In this document: positions 41,801 to 54,300 of the stretch, in pieces
Layout: each line of letters begins with the position of its first letter
Position numbering within the stretch: position 1 is the first letter of the stretch
Assembly (NCBI GenBank): GCA_021613535.1
Contig: CP075493.1
Location: forward strand, 9,672,001 to 9,736,000
Length of the DNA stretch: 64,000 nt
DNA from: Adineta vaga
Lineage: Eukaryota; Animalia; Rotifera
Direction of reading: 5' to 3'
Notes under the pieces: generated by a model
What the model saw: only the letters and a program-made list of their open reading frames with translations
The model's database searches: none
What the model was told of the DNA's origin: nothing
Made by a program: the position numbers and the translations under genes

Positions 41801-44800
41801 ATTTGATTATTATATTGATCCTGAAACGAAAAAATTCGAATTATGGAGTAAAAAAGTACCAAAATTTGAACTTGATCCGGATATTCCATTACAAGCAGCA
41901 TTAGTGCCAACACCAGAAACAGTTCGAATTCGATATTGGATGGGTAAGTTACGATGCTTAACATGATCTTGATTTGGTTGATTTGTTTTACTAATAGATC
42001 TTCTTATGGAACGAGGATATCCAGTAATGCTAGTGGGTGGCGCTGGTAGTGGTAAGTACAACAGTTGAAGAAATGATTTGTTTTTGATCAAGTGAATGCG
42101 TTTAGGAAAAACTGTTCTTGTTAATGATAAATTACAATCGTTAAATAATGAACTTTGGACTGTTGTAAATGTTCCATTTAATTATTATACATCATCAGAA
42201 ATGTTACAATCAATTTTGGAAAAACCACTTGAACGTAAAGCCGGTCGTAATTATGGTCCACCTGGAAATAAACGACTAGTTTATTTTATTGGTAAATAAC
42301 AATAAAATTATATGAACAAAAATACCTCCGAAAAACTCTTTCCACTTTTAGATGATATGAATATGCCAGAAATGGATAAATATTATACTGTTCAAGCACA
42401 TACAATTCTTCGTCAATATCTTGATTATAAACATTGGTACGATCGACAAAAATTAACATTACGTGATATTCATAATTGTCAATACGTGGCTTGTATGAAT
42501 CCAACAGCTGGTAACTTCACAATTGATTCACGTATTCAAAGACATTTCGCTGTATTTGCTGTATCCTTTCCTGGACATGTAAATTTCATCTTCGCAATAT
42601 TCCTTCTTCTTAACTCTTATTTATTTTTAAGGATTCATTACGAACAATCTATAATAGTATATTATCTCAACATTTATCTACACCACACAATGCACCATTT
42701 ACTCAAGCTATTCAACGTTATGCTCCACAGATAGTTGATGGTGCACTTGCTGTACATCAACGTGTAGCATCAACTTTTCTTCCAACTGCGATTAAATTTC
42801 ACTACATATTCAATTTACGAGATCTTTCTAATATTTTTCAAGTAGGTTTTCATGCAACAGATCAATTAAGTAAACTTATTCGCTTACTATTTTCAAATAG
42901 GGTATTCTATTTGCAACTGGTGAATGTGTTAAGACAACAAAAGATCTTGTTCGTTTGTATGTTCACGAAGCTGAACGTGTTTACGGTGATAAACTCGTTT
43001 CTGCGGATGATATTGATTCATTTCAAAAAATATTTCGTGATACAGTAAAGAAAAACTTTTCCGATATTGATGAAGACTATTGTTTCCGTCGCCCATTGAT
43101 CTATACACATTTTTCAACGGGTATGGGCGATCCAAAATATATGCCGATTGAAAATTGGCAACAATTAACAAAACTTTTAACTGATGCATTGGATAATTAT
43201 AATGAAGTGAATGCAAATATGAATCTTGTTCTATTCGAAGATGCCATGATGCATGTTTGTCGAATCAATCGTATTTTAGAGTCACCACGTGGTAATGCAT
43301 TACTTGTGGGAGTTGGAGGAAGTGGAAAACAAAGTTTATCAAGATTAGCAGCATCTGTTTCATCACAAGAAGTTTTTCAAATTACTATACGAAAAGGTTA
43401 TGGAATTGCTGAATTGAAATTAGTATGTTTGATTATTATTATTATTGAAGATATGATGTGCTCAATGATACTCTTCTGTTTAGGATCTAAATAATCTTTA
43501 TATACGTGCGGGTATAAAAAATATTCCGACCGTGTTTCTAATGACGGATGCACAAGTTGCGGACGAGAAATTTCTTGTTTTAATTAATGATATGCTTGCA
43601 TCTGGTGAAATCAATGGTCTGTTTACTGATGATGAAACAACAGAGATATTAGCAAGTGTTAAAAATGAAGTACGTGCACAAGGAATTGAAGATACAAAAG
43701 AAAATTGTTGGAAATTTTTTATTGATAAAGTTCGACGAAATTTAAAGGTAAGAATTTTATTTGATGAATTCTGAAAGGAAAATAGAGTAAGCGTTGATTT
43801 ATAGATTGTTCTATGCTTTTCACCAGTTGGTTCAACATTACGTGTTCGTGCTCGACGATTTCCTGCATTGGTCAATTGTACAAATATTGATTGGTACATT
43901 GAAAAAGAGATAGAGAGAATTTTAATATCTTATTTATCTATAGGTTTCATGAATGGCCTGAAACAGCTTTAGTTTCTGTTGCTAAACGATTTATTCAAGA
44001 TGTTGAAAGTTTACCAAAAGAATATCAAGATTCAGTTGCAGAATTCATGGCATATGTTCATAGTTCTGTCAATGAAATGAGTGTGCAATATTTGATCGTA
44101 TGTTTCTTTGTTTTTGGTATAAAAATAATAAATATTGATTATGATTAGAATGAACGACGATATAACTATACAACACCGAAATCATTTCTTGAACAAATTG
44201 GTCTCTATCGTAATTTATTACAAACAAAACGTCGTGAACATGAAGATGGTATTGTTCGACTTGAAAATGGTTTAGTTAAACTTGAATCGTATGTGAAAGT
44301 TCATTTTTCGTATATATATATATATATAATAGCTTGAAAATCTATTCTTTTTCAGTGTTGCTAAACAAACTGATGAACTTAAAGAGAAATTAAAAGTTGA
44401 AGAAATTGAAGTGACAAAGAAGAATCAAGAAGCTGATCGTTTAATTAAAGTAGTTGAAACTGAAACAAAAAAAGTCACTGAACAACGTGAAGCAGCCGCA
44501 ATTGAAGAGAAAGAAGTTGCTGAAAAGAAAGAACGAGTTGCAGAACGACAAGCAGAATGTGATCGTGATCTACAAAAAGCATTACCAGCTTTGAAAGCAG
44601 CTGAAGATGCATTGAATACACTCAATCGAAATAATTTAACAGAATTGAAATCATTTGCTACACCACCAGCTGCTATTTTGAAAGTAACAGCATCGATACA
44701 AATTCTTCTTGCACCACCAAGTAAATTTCCATCGAAATGAAAGTAATGTTTTCTGAAAAACAAAATTTCTTCGTATAGATCGTGTACCACGTGATCGAAC

Positions 44801-47800
44801 ATGGCGTGCAGCAAAATCAATGATTGGTGATGTTGGAGTGTTCTTAAATACATTATTAACTTACGATAAAAATCATATTCCAGGTAGAGTCTATTAAAAT
44901 GGTTTTTGTCTGAGAAAATCATAATATTCGTTCGTATAGAATCATCATTGAAAGCTATAGATGAATACTTACGCGATCCTGATTTCAATCCTGATGCTAT
45001 TCGACGTGTGTCATTTGCAGCTGCTGGTTTATGTGCATGGGTTATTAATATTGTTCAGTATTATCGTGTTTATTGTGAAGTCGAACCAAAACGATTAGCA
45101 GCAGAAGAAGCAACCGAACAACTACGACAAACCGAAGAACAATTCAATGCGACACAAACGAAATTAGCTGTAAACAATGCTTTTTACCGAATTCAAGATA
45201 CATTCATTTCGATTTTTGTTTTCTAGAGACTTCAAGCTGCATTACAAATGCTCAAAGATCAATTTCAAGCTGCACAAAATGAAAAAGATGAATGCCAACG
45301 AGCAGCTGATCAAACAGCTTATACTATTAATCTTGCTAATCGTCTTGTCGGTGGTCTTGCTTCGGAAAAAGAACGATGGACAAATACAATTCAACAATCT
45401 AAAGTTCTTGGGAATTTTCTTCCAGGAAATGTTTTGATTACAACTGCTTATTTATCCTATGTTGGCTATTTTACAAAATATTATCGCGAAGAACTTCTCT
45501 ATCGTCGATGGATGCCATTTTTGAAAAATTTAAAAGTTCCTATTCCTGTCACCGATAATCTTGATCCTTTATCAATGTTAATCGATGATGCAGATATGGC
45601 AGCATGGAATAATGAAGGTCTACCTGCTGATAGAATGTCTTATGAAAATGCAACTATCTTAACAAATTGTGAGCGATGGTATGCAGATATACTTTTCCCC
45701 ATATATATATACCATCTCTAATCTCTATTGTTTTTCGTTTAGGCCATTAATGATTGATCCACAACTGCAAGGTAAAATCTTTTGTTTTTTACATATTTTC
45801 ATTAAAAGCGTATTGTTCATTGATACATTTAGGTGTAAAATGGATTCGCACTCGTTATGGTGATCAATTAGTTGTTATTCGTTTGGGTGCGAAAGGTTAT
45901 ATGGAAAAGATAGAACATGCTATTGCTGCTGGTGAAACCTTACTTCTTGAAAATATCGAAGAAAATATCGAAGCTATTCTTGATCCATTAATTGGTCGTA
46001 ATACAATTCGTAAAGGTCGTGCAATTAAATTGGGAGATAAAGAAATTGAATTTCATCCTGAATTTCGTTTAATTTTACAAACTAAACTTGCTAATCCACA
46101 TTATAAACCGGAAATGCAAGCACAAACAACTTTAATTAATTTTACAGTTACACGTGACGGTCTTGAAGATCAACTCTTAGCCGATGTTGTCGCACTTGAA
46201 CGACCTGATTTAGAAAAATCGAAATATGAATTAACACGACAGAAAAATGAATATAAGATTAGTTTGAAAAAATTGGAAGATTCTTTATTACAACGTTTAG
46301 CAGCTGCCAAAGGCAATTTTCTAAGTGATGTTGCTCTAGTAGAAAATTTAGAAAAAACCAAAACAACAGCTATTGAAATTGAACATAAGAAGAATGAAGC
46401 AGAGAAAACAAGTGAACAAATTGATAAAACACGAGAAGTCTATCGACCAGCAGCCGCACGAGCTAGTTTACTTTATTTTATTATGAATGATTTGAGAAAG
46501 ATTCATCCAATGTATCAATTTTCATTGAAAGGTAATGGTTTACGAAACAAAAATCGAAAGTTTCCAATAAATTTTCACTTTCTTTTTTAGCATTTAAAAT
46601 TGTTTTTGTTAAAGCCATACAAAAATCTGAAGAAAGTGATGATGTTAAACAACGTGTGTTGAATCTAATTGATTCAATTACTTATTCGACATCACTTTAT
46701 ACAACACGATCATTATTTGAACAACATAAGTTAATCTTTACATCACAAATGGTCTTTCAAATTCTTCTGACGAATAAAGAAATTGATACAAAGGAATTAG
46801 AATTTCTTCTACGATATCCATATGTACCTAATCTAACTACGCCAGTAGATTTCTTAAATGATCAATCATGGGGTGGAATTAAAGCATTATCAACTATGGA
46901 AGAATTTCATAATTTAGATCGAGATATTGAAGGTATGAAGATGTTTTGTTTTTTTTTTCTGTTTGAGAAAAGAAAATGTATATGATGCGATTTGTAGGTT
47001 CAGCGAAACGATGGAAAAAATTTGCGGAATCTGAAGCACCCGAAAAAGAAAAGTTTCCTCAAGAATGGAAGAGCAAAACATCATTACAAAAGTTATGTTT
47101 AATGAGAGCATTAAGACCTGATCGAATGTTGTATGCATTAAGTTTGTTCGTTGAAGAGAAACTAGGTCGAAAATATGTAGAAAATCGAACAATTGAATGT
47201 AAGTTTAAATATAGAATTCAAAATGATTGATTTGAATCTTTCGTTTTTCTTTGCAATCTAGTGGCACGTTCATTTGAAGAAACAACGAAAGCAACACCGA
47301 TATTCTTCATTCTTTCACCAGGTGTCGATCCATTAAAAGAAGTTGAAGGTCTTGGTCGAAAAATGGGTTTTACAGCTGATAATGGCAAATTTCATAATAT
47401 TTCACTTGGCCAAGGTCAGTCATCCATTCTTTGCACTTGTTCAATGTAAAATACATTTCAAATATTGATAATCTACTGTTTTTTTAGGACAAGATGTAGT
47501 AGCAGAAAAAGCTCTCGAAGATGGATCACGCGATGGTCATTGGGTTGTTTTACAAAATATTCATTTAGTTGCTCGATGGTTACCACAATTAGAAAAGAAA
47601 TTAGAACAAACAGCCGAAAATGCACATGAAGACTTTCGAGTTTTTCTATCTGCCGAACCTGCGCCTGATCCTGAAGCTCATGTAATTTATTTCGTTTGGA
47701 AGAAAAACAGTATTTCTATTCGTACTTGTCTTTTCTAGACAATTCCACAAGGTATACTTGAATCAGCAATTAAGATCACGAATGAAGCACCTACAGGTAA

Positions 47801-49559
47801 TTGAATTGTAATTTTGATAGAAGAACTTGTGAAATTTGAAACATATTTGTTTTTGTACAGGAATGTATGCTAATGTTCACAAAGCGTTGGATAATTTTGA
47901 TCAAGATACAATGGAACGTTGTTCAAAAGAAAATGAATTTAAATCGATTCTATTTGCACTCTGTTATTTTCATGCAGTTGTTGCTGAACGTCGTAAATTT
48001 GGACCGATTGGTTGGAACAGGTTTGTTCATCATTGTTTTTCTTTTTTAGAAGTTTTATTTTTCTTCTTGTTAATCAATTGTTGTAGACGATATCCATTCA
48101 ATAATGGTGATTTAACAATTAGTGTTGATGTTTTATATAATTACTTAGAAGCAAATTCCAAAGTTCCTTGGGAAGATCTTCGTTATCTATTCGGAGAAAT
48201 TATGTATGGCGGTCATATAACGGATGATTGGGATCGTCGTTTATGCCGAAATTATCTTGAAACATATATCAATCCAGATATGGTGAATAAACAAGAATCT
48301 ATATATATATATATATATTCGCTTAACTTCTTTTCTTTATAGTTCGATGGTGATTTATATTTAGCACCGTCATTTCCGATTCCACCCAATACAGATTACA
48401 AAGGTTATCATCAATATATTGATGATTATCTACCACCTGAATCACCGTATCTCTATGGTCTTCATCCAAATGCAGAAATTGACTTTTTAACAACGACAAG
48501 TGAAACATTATTTAGAACAGTATTAGAATTACAACCACGAGATGCAGGTGCTGGATCAGCAGAAAGTGGTTCAGTAACAAGTCGAGAAGAAAAGGTATGA
48601 GATATCAAACAAACAAGAATAGAAGTGAATGAGACATTGTTGTTCATTTAGATAAAAGCAGTTTTGGATGATATTATGGGTCGATTACCGGATGAATTTA
48701 GTATCCCAGAATTATTTGCTAAAACAGAAGAAAAAACACCTTACACAGTTGTTGCTTTACAAGAATGTGAACGAATGAATACATTATTGAAAGAAATGAG
48801 ACGTTCTTTGAAAGAATTAGACTCAGGTTTAAAGGTAAATGAAAATATAGAATAGAAAGAATTCATTATATAATTGTATATTTTTTCTTAGGGTGAATTG
48901 ACAGTTACAGCTGATATGGAAGCATTACAAGAATCTCTTTATCTCGATCAAGTACCAAAAACATGGGAACTTCGAGCCTATCCATCTTTATTTCCTCTTA
49001 GCTCATGGTTTGTTGATTTGCTCAATCGTTTTAAAGATCTCGAATTGTGGACAAGTGATTTTCAATTACCTTACGCAGTTACTTTAGGTAACAATCTTTT
49101 ATTATATAATATTTCAAACGCGATACTTTTTTTCTAGGTTATCTTTTCAACCCTCAATCATTCTTAACTGCAATTATGCAAACAACGGCACGTAAAAATG
49201 AATGGCCTCTTGATCGTATGTGTTTATCAATTGATATAACAAAACGAACAAAAGAAGAACTGGGAGGTGCACCACGTGAAGGTGCATATATATGGGGTCT
49301 TTATCTTGAAGGCGCTCGATGGGATACTCAGACAAATCAATTAGCAGAAGCTAAACTAAAAGAGATAACATCACCTATGCCAGTTATATTTGTCAAAGCC
49401 ATACCTATTGATCGTATGGATACAAAAGGTATGTATGAATGTCCAGTTTATAAGATTAAAACGCGTGGTGCTCATTTTGTCTGGACATTCTTTTTAAAAA
49501 CAAAGGAAAAACCAAACAAATGGGTACTTGGTGGTGTTGCATTATTATTACAAAAATAG
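32879..49559 (+). CDS. Axonemal outer-arm dynein beta-type heavy chain (DNAH9/DNAH11/DNAH17 group), many exons
   Basis: N-terminus [25 protein letters not shown]-loops GP/AGTGKT (split by an intron), [16 protein letters not shown] and GVGGSGKQ. Further motifs [22 protein letters not shown] and [21 protein letters not shown], a stalk/MTBD region, and C-terminus [12 protein letters not shown]. Confidence 0.95.
44311..44327. repeat. Intronic (TA)n microsatellite (similar tracts at ~16174-16190 and ~48300-48318)
   Basis: Direct inspection. Confidence 0.7.
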
Positions 49560-49977
49560 AATTTTTAATAAACATTTTTAATTTGATTTTTGTTTGTTTG
49601 TTTGTCTGTTTTGCAATAATCACATTGTTCAATGTATATATTTTTACTCAATTTTTACGTTGGATGCCACTCTAAAGTAAAATAAACAGTTGCCTTGGTT
49701 TTTTCTCTCTGAGATTGATACACAACTATTTGAATAAATATCATCGTAATAAACATACTTTTGAAATATCATATGTATATAATTTACCATTAAAGAAACA
49801 GTAGAATTTCTTTAGTAGTCAAGTTTGACAAGGTATTAATATCAATCGTCGACAAACATTTTGTTGACAAGATACTTCATTGCCTAATATTAGATGAGAC
49901 AGTATTGGTGTTCAGTGAGTAACAACCTGTATTTTATTGACTTGACTAAGTAGATAGAAGAGAGAAAAAACTATCTT

Positions 49978-50023
49978 GAGGGTGTGTGTGTTAGTATTAC
50001 ATCTATCTAATACTCACACCCTC
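49978..50023. repeat. Short inverted repeat/hairpin with GAGGGTGTG...CACACCCTC arms
   Basis: GAGGGTGTG(TGTGTT)AGTATTA pairs with TAATACTCACACCCTC. The terminal arms are the same as in the hairpin at 51280-51339. Confidence 0.6.
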
Positions 50024-50799
50024 TATTTCGTTATTCTGCATATATCATTTGATGAGTGAACTTCACTATTTTTCTTAATTTTATTTTTTGAATATGATAT
50101 AAATTCTGAAAAAGTACTTTTTGTTCTGTAATTTTCCTAGTATTGAATCTGATAATTAAAAAAGAAAAAAATCAATATTTTTCTCATCGGAAGTTTGTTG
50201 ATATTCCTATGAATGTCTAACTTGTTATTTCGGTACCCAATTTGTTTGACATCATAGCATTTTTTATCAGATCTAATCATATAATCTGTAACTTTGAACG
50301 ATTCTAGTATGCCTGAAGAAATGAATACTGTGCGTGCACAAGATAACAGAAAAGTGAATCATGCTGTTCATGATATCTCTAGTAGATACTTTGTAATGAT
50401 AGAATAAGAAAGGGAACATTGATGATTAACAGACGTATGTTTTGTTGTTTGCCAAATTTCTATTTTTGTCTAGTAAAACACTAAAAAATTCATGTCTGAG
50501 TCTATGCTTCCGAAGAAAGACAAATATGATGATCATACAATTTCGAAACAAGTAGGTGTGGATCATTTGCATACTTTTCCGATCGGAATCGGTGACAAAT
50601 AATATTGAGAACATTTTAAGGTCGCACAAATCAATATCACAATTTCACAGTATTCCACAAGAGAATGCTATCCGTAGATAGCATAGGTTTATGCATGATC
50701 ATTCTACTGATCATAAGTGGAATAGAAGGTAAGACATTTAAATATAGCATAACACCTAAGCAATATTTCTAAATTCTTATGTATCGTACAACGAAGAGA

Positions 50800-51275
50800 T
50801 ACTGGGTGATTCCATGATACTTGTGATACGTTTACACCGACTCTCATCAAATCGTTTGAAACTTTCAGGGCGTGTGTAATAATCAGTTCTAAGACTTTTT
50901 TGTTCTTGGACAAAAGTCATAGGACGTCTTTTTCAAGAACTGTAGCCCAAATACAAAGTACTCCGGAACCTTTTTCAAGGTATCTTATGCTTTCTAACAC
51001 ACGTAGTTTTGCACTACTTTGTGCTATGGAAATTCTGATGATACATTTGGGTTCCTCATCATCAGGACTATCAGAATCACTACTTTTTAAATGTTTTTGG
51101 ATTTTTCTCTGAACGATAGGCCTCTAGAAACCCATTTCAAAAGGCGAGTATTCCAGGCTCAAAATCTGCATAAAAAAAGAACTCTGGACTTCGGGAAGTA
51201 TCTCATTTAATAGAGCATCAAAAGATCTGTCGAACTATTTGTGCGCTGTCGTGGGGAGTGAGATTTCACCGAGAG
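50800..51275. mobile_element. Probable non-autonomous DNA-transposon remnant in intron 1 of the NHL-PKD gene
   Basis: The intron is 630 nt versus the ~55 nt mode and is more GC-rich than neighbouring introns. It starts with TA-CTGGGTGATTCCA, resembling a Tc1/mariner-type end. No matching right TIR or transposase was found. Confidence 0.3.
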
Positions 51276-51276
51276 C

Positions 51277-51339
51277 GGGTGAGGGTGTGGGTGGATGGGT
51301 ATATCTTCTTCACTCACATCCACACCCACCACACCCTCA
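51277..51339. repeat. Head-to-head degenerate telomere-like repeats (TGWGGG ... CCCWCA); G-quadruplex motif
   Basis: GGG-TGAGGG-TGTGGG-TGGATGGG is followed after a short spacer by CACTCACATCCACACCCACCACACCCTCA. Confidence 0.55.
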
Positions 51340-54300
51340 AGGATGTTTCTCATTTTAGCTATAACAGTTAATCAACCTAAACTTTGTCCTTCTGCAACAT
51401 GGAATGCAACAGCAATCACTTTTGCAGACAACAATACAGTTGGCACATACCCTTATGGTATTTTCATAAACAACAATAACATCGTCTACGTTGCTAACCA
51501 ACAACTTAGTCTGGTTCAAGTATGGTTTAACGACTCTTCAGTTCCAACAACACTCACTGTTAGAAACAACACTTATCCAGTGAGTCTGTCTGCCACTGAT
51601 GATAGCACTATCTATGTAGATAATAATAATTATGGTGTGGCTACATGGACATTTAATCAATCAACCAATATTTCCACATTATACACTGGTGGAAAATGTT
51701 ACGATCTTTTTATTGACAAGAACGATTCTCTGTATTGTTCTTTACGTGGCTATCATCAAGTGATTAAACGATCACTGAATAGCAGTGATAATCAAGTGAC
51801 AATTGTTGCAGGCGGAAGTTGTTCTGGATTTATGGGCAATCTACTTAATTCTCCTTCCGGAATATTTGTTGATATCAATTACAATTTATATGTGGCCGAT
51901 TACGGGAATCATCGAATTCAACTCTTTCAGTCAGGAAATTCGAATGCAACAACAATAGCTGGAGCGGGAGCACCAGGAACAATTATACTTAACTATCCTA
52001 CAGATGTGATAGTTGATGCTGACGGTTACATATACATTGTGGATCAAGTTAACAATCGTATTGTTGGATCGAGTCCCAATGGCTTTCGATGTGTAGTTGG
52101 TTGTCTTGGCTCTAGAGGTTCTGCACCCGATAGATTATATCTTCCGTATAGTATGGCTTTCGATAACTATGGCAATATTTTTGTTGTCGACCGTTGCAAT
52201 CATCGTATTCAGAAGTTTCTTTTGGCTACCAACTCTTGTGGTATGTATTTTAACAAGCAACTTTCATAGTGAACAAAAAATCTTGCAAACCTTTGTGATT
52301 TCGCTCTCGATCTCTATTCTCCACTTTTATCAGTACGATTTTTCAGTAAATGGAAAAGTTTTAGAAGTCATGTTCATGTCGACAGAGCGGCAGTTCACAT
52401 TGATTAACCCTCAATTATTAACTTGTCTCATTAGCATTCTTATAATATTTATTATACAATCGAAGAGAATAATTTCTATTAAATATCATGTCTGTTAATT
52501 TAGATGCAATCACTGTCACTCAAGAAACATCGACATCATCTGTCAATCTTGGTAACTAAAATCTTTAAGACTTTATTTTGTTGTATTACCGCTATTGTTT
52601 CTAGTAGCGAGTTCAATAAATACTCCCGTCATGTCTCGTCAACAAAGTATGTACTAGCTTTGTGTATCGTTATGTTATATGTAACGAAAGCTAACCTTAC
52701 ATATCTAGAAATATAAATGATATTAGAAACGACTGCAGCCACGTCGATGAAATGAGGGAAAAATATTCAGGAAGATAATGAAGTAGGACTATTGGCAATG
52801 AGAGAAATATGTGTTTGTAGTTATTGATCGCATTCAACAGCATGCGCTTTTTTACTAAGGCAGTTTTAAGAAAGAGAGATGTAACAGATTCAGATAGTAC
52901 TTAACACAAATGAGCGATGTTGAAAATCTAATACATTTAGTTTTCCTGTATTTGAATGACTTACTTTTCTACAAAAACTTTCCATACAGATATCTCCTGT
53001 AATCAACCGAAACTCTATCAAAATGCATCGTGGAATCCAAATGCTACCACTTTAGCAGATGCCCGCATAGTTGGTTTAGAGCCTATGAGTATATTTGTGG
53101 ACATAAATAACACGATTTATGTTATCAATTGCGATAATTATCATATATACGGATGGTTTGAAGATGGTATCTCGTTTTCCAAAGACATCTTTGAAAATTT
53201 TGCATATCCGAATAGTCTATTTGTCACAGCTACTGGAGCTGTCTTTGCTGACAGTGGTTACTTGTTAGGTCAAGTAAAGCAATGGTCATTAAATGCGACA
53301 AGTAGTATTCCTGTAATGTATGTGGCACGATCATGTTATGATATTTTTATTGACATAAATGATACTATTTATTGTTCTTTGACTGACTATCATGAAGTCG
53401 TCTCTAAATCATTGAATGAAGCTTTAGATACAGTGACAATTGCTGCGGGCACTGGTTGCAGTGGATCAGCATCATATATGCTTGCATATCCTCAAGGAAT
53501 ATTTGTCGACATCAATTTTAATATATACGTGGCAGACACCGGAAACTCAAGAGTTCAACAATTTTTGCCAGGCAAAAATCAAACAAAAACTATGGCTGGT
53601 AATGGAGCACTAGGAACCATTACGCTTCGTTGTCCAGCGGATGTTATGTTGGACGCTGATAATTATTTATTCATCTTGGATGCTTGTGATAATCGTATCA
53701 TTGGATCGGGACCAAGTGGTTTTCAGTGTATAATAGGCTGTTCTAATCAAGGGGGTTCCGGAGCTGACCAACTGCTCAAATCTCATTCTATGGCATTTGA
53801 CAGTTACGGCAACATTTATGTAGCTGACTATGGAAACTCTCGCATTCAATTATTTCTCTTAGCGAACTATTCAAACAGTAAGTTTTACTGAATATTTTTC
53901 ATAGTTTTGCTTACCGAAACATTACCATTGGATTTTATCTTTTGCTAGCAATAGAAAGACAGATCCTGTATTTCTTCAGACTATTGTTGTGCTCAATTTT
54001 TAGGCTCTTTGATATTTTCTCAAATATTTGTTCTCAATTTCAACAACGATAAAAAAATTTAGTTTCTATCATATATGCCAAAATCAAACGATAAATTGCT
54101 GAACAATCAATTCTAAAACTTTGTCTCTTTCTCTAGATGACACAACAACTGATGCCACAACATTCGACACTACGATTCTTGAAGAGGAAACGACAGCCTC
54201 CAAAGGTTTCTTCATTTCGATTTTCTTATTCGTATGCTTTTATCGATTATTTTCATAGCACAATCATCGACAAGCACCCATAACGAATCGATCTCATCAT

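Noticed and set aside
49975-51341. A single 1.37-kb TIR transposon bounded by the 12-bp inverted repeats
   Set aside because: The interval contains the gene's own signal-peptide exon, no transposase and no clear target-site duplication. It is kept only as a repeat observation.
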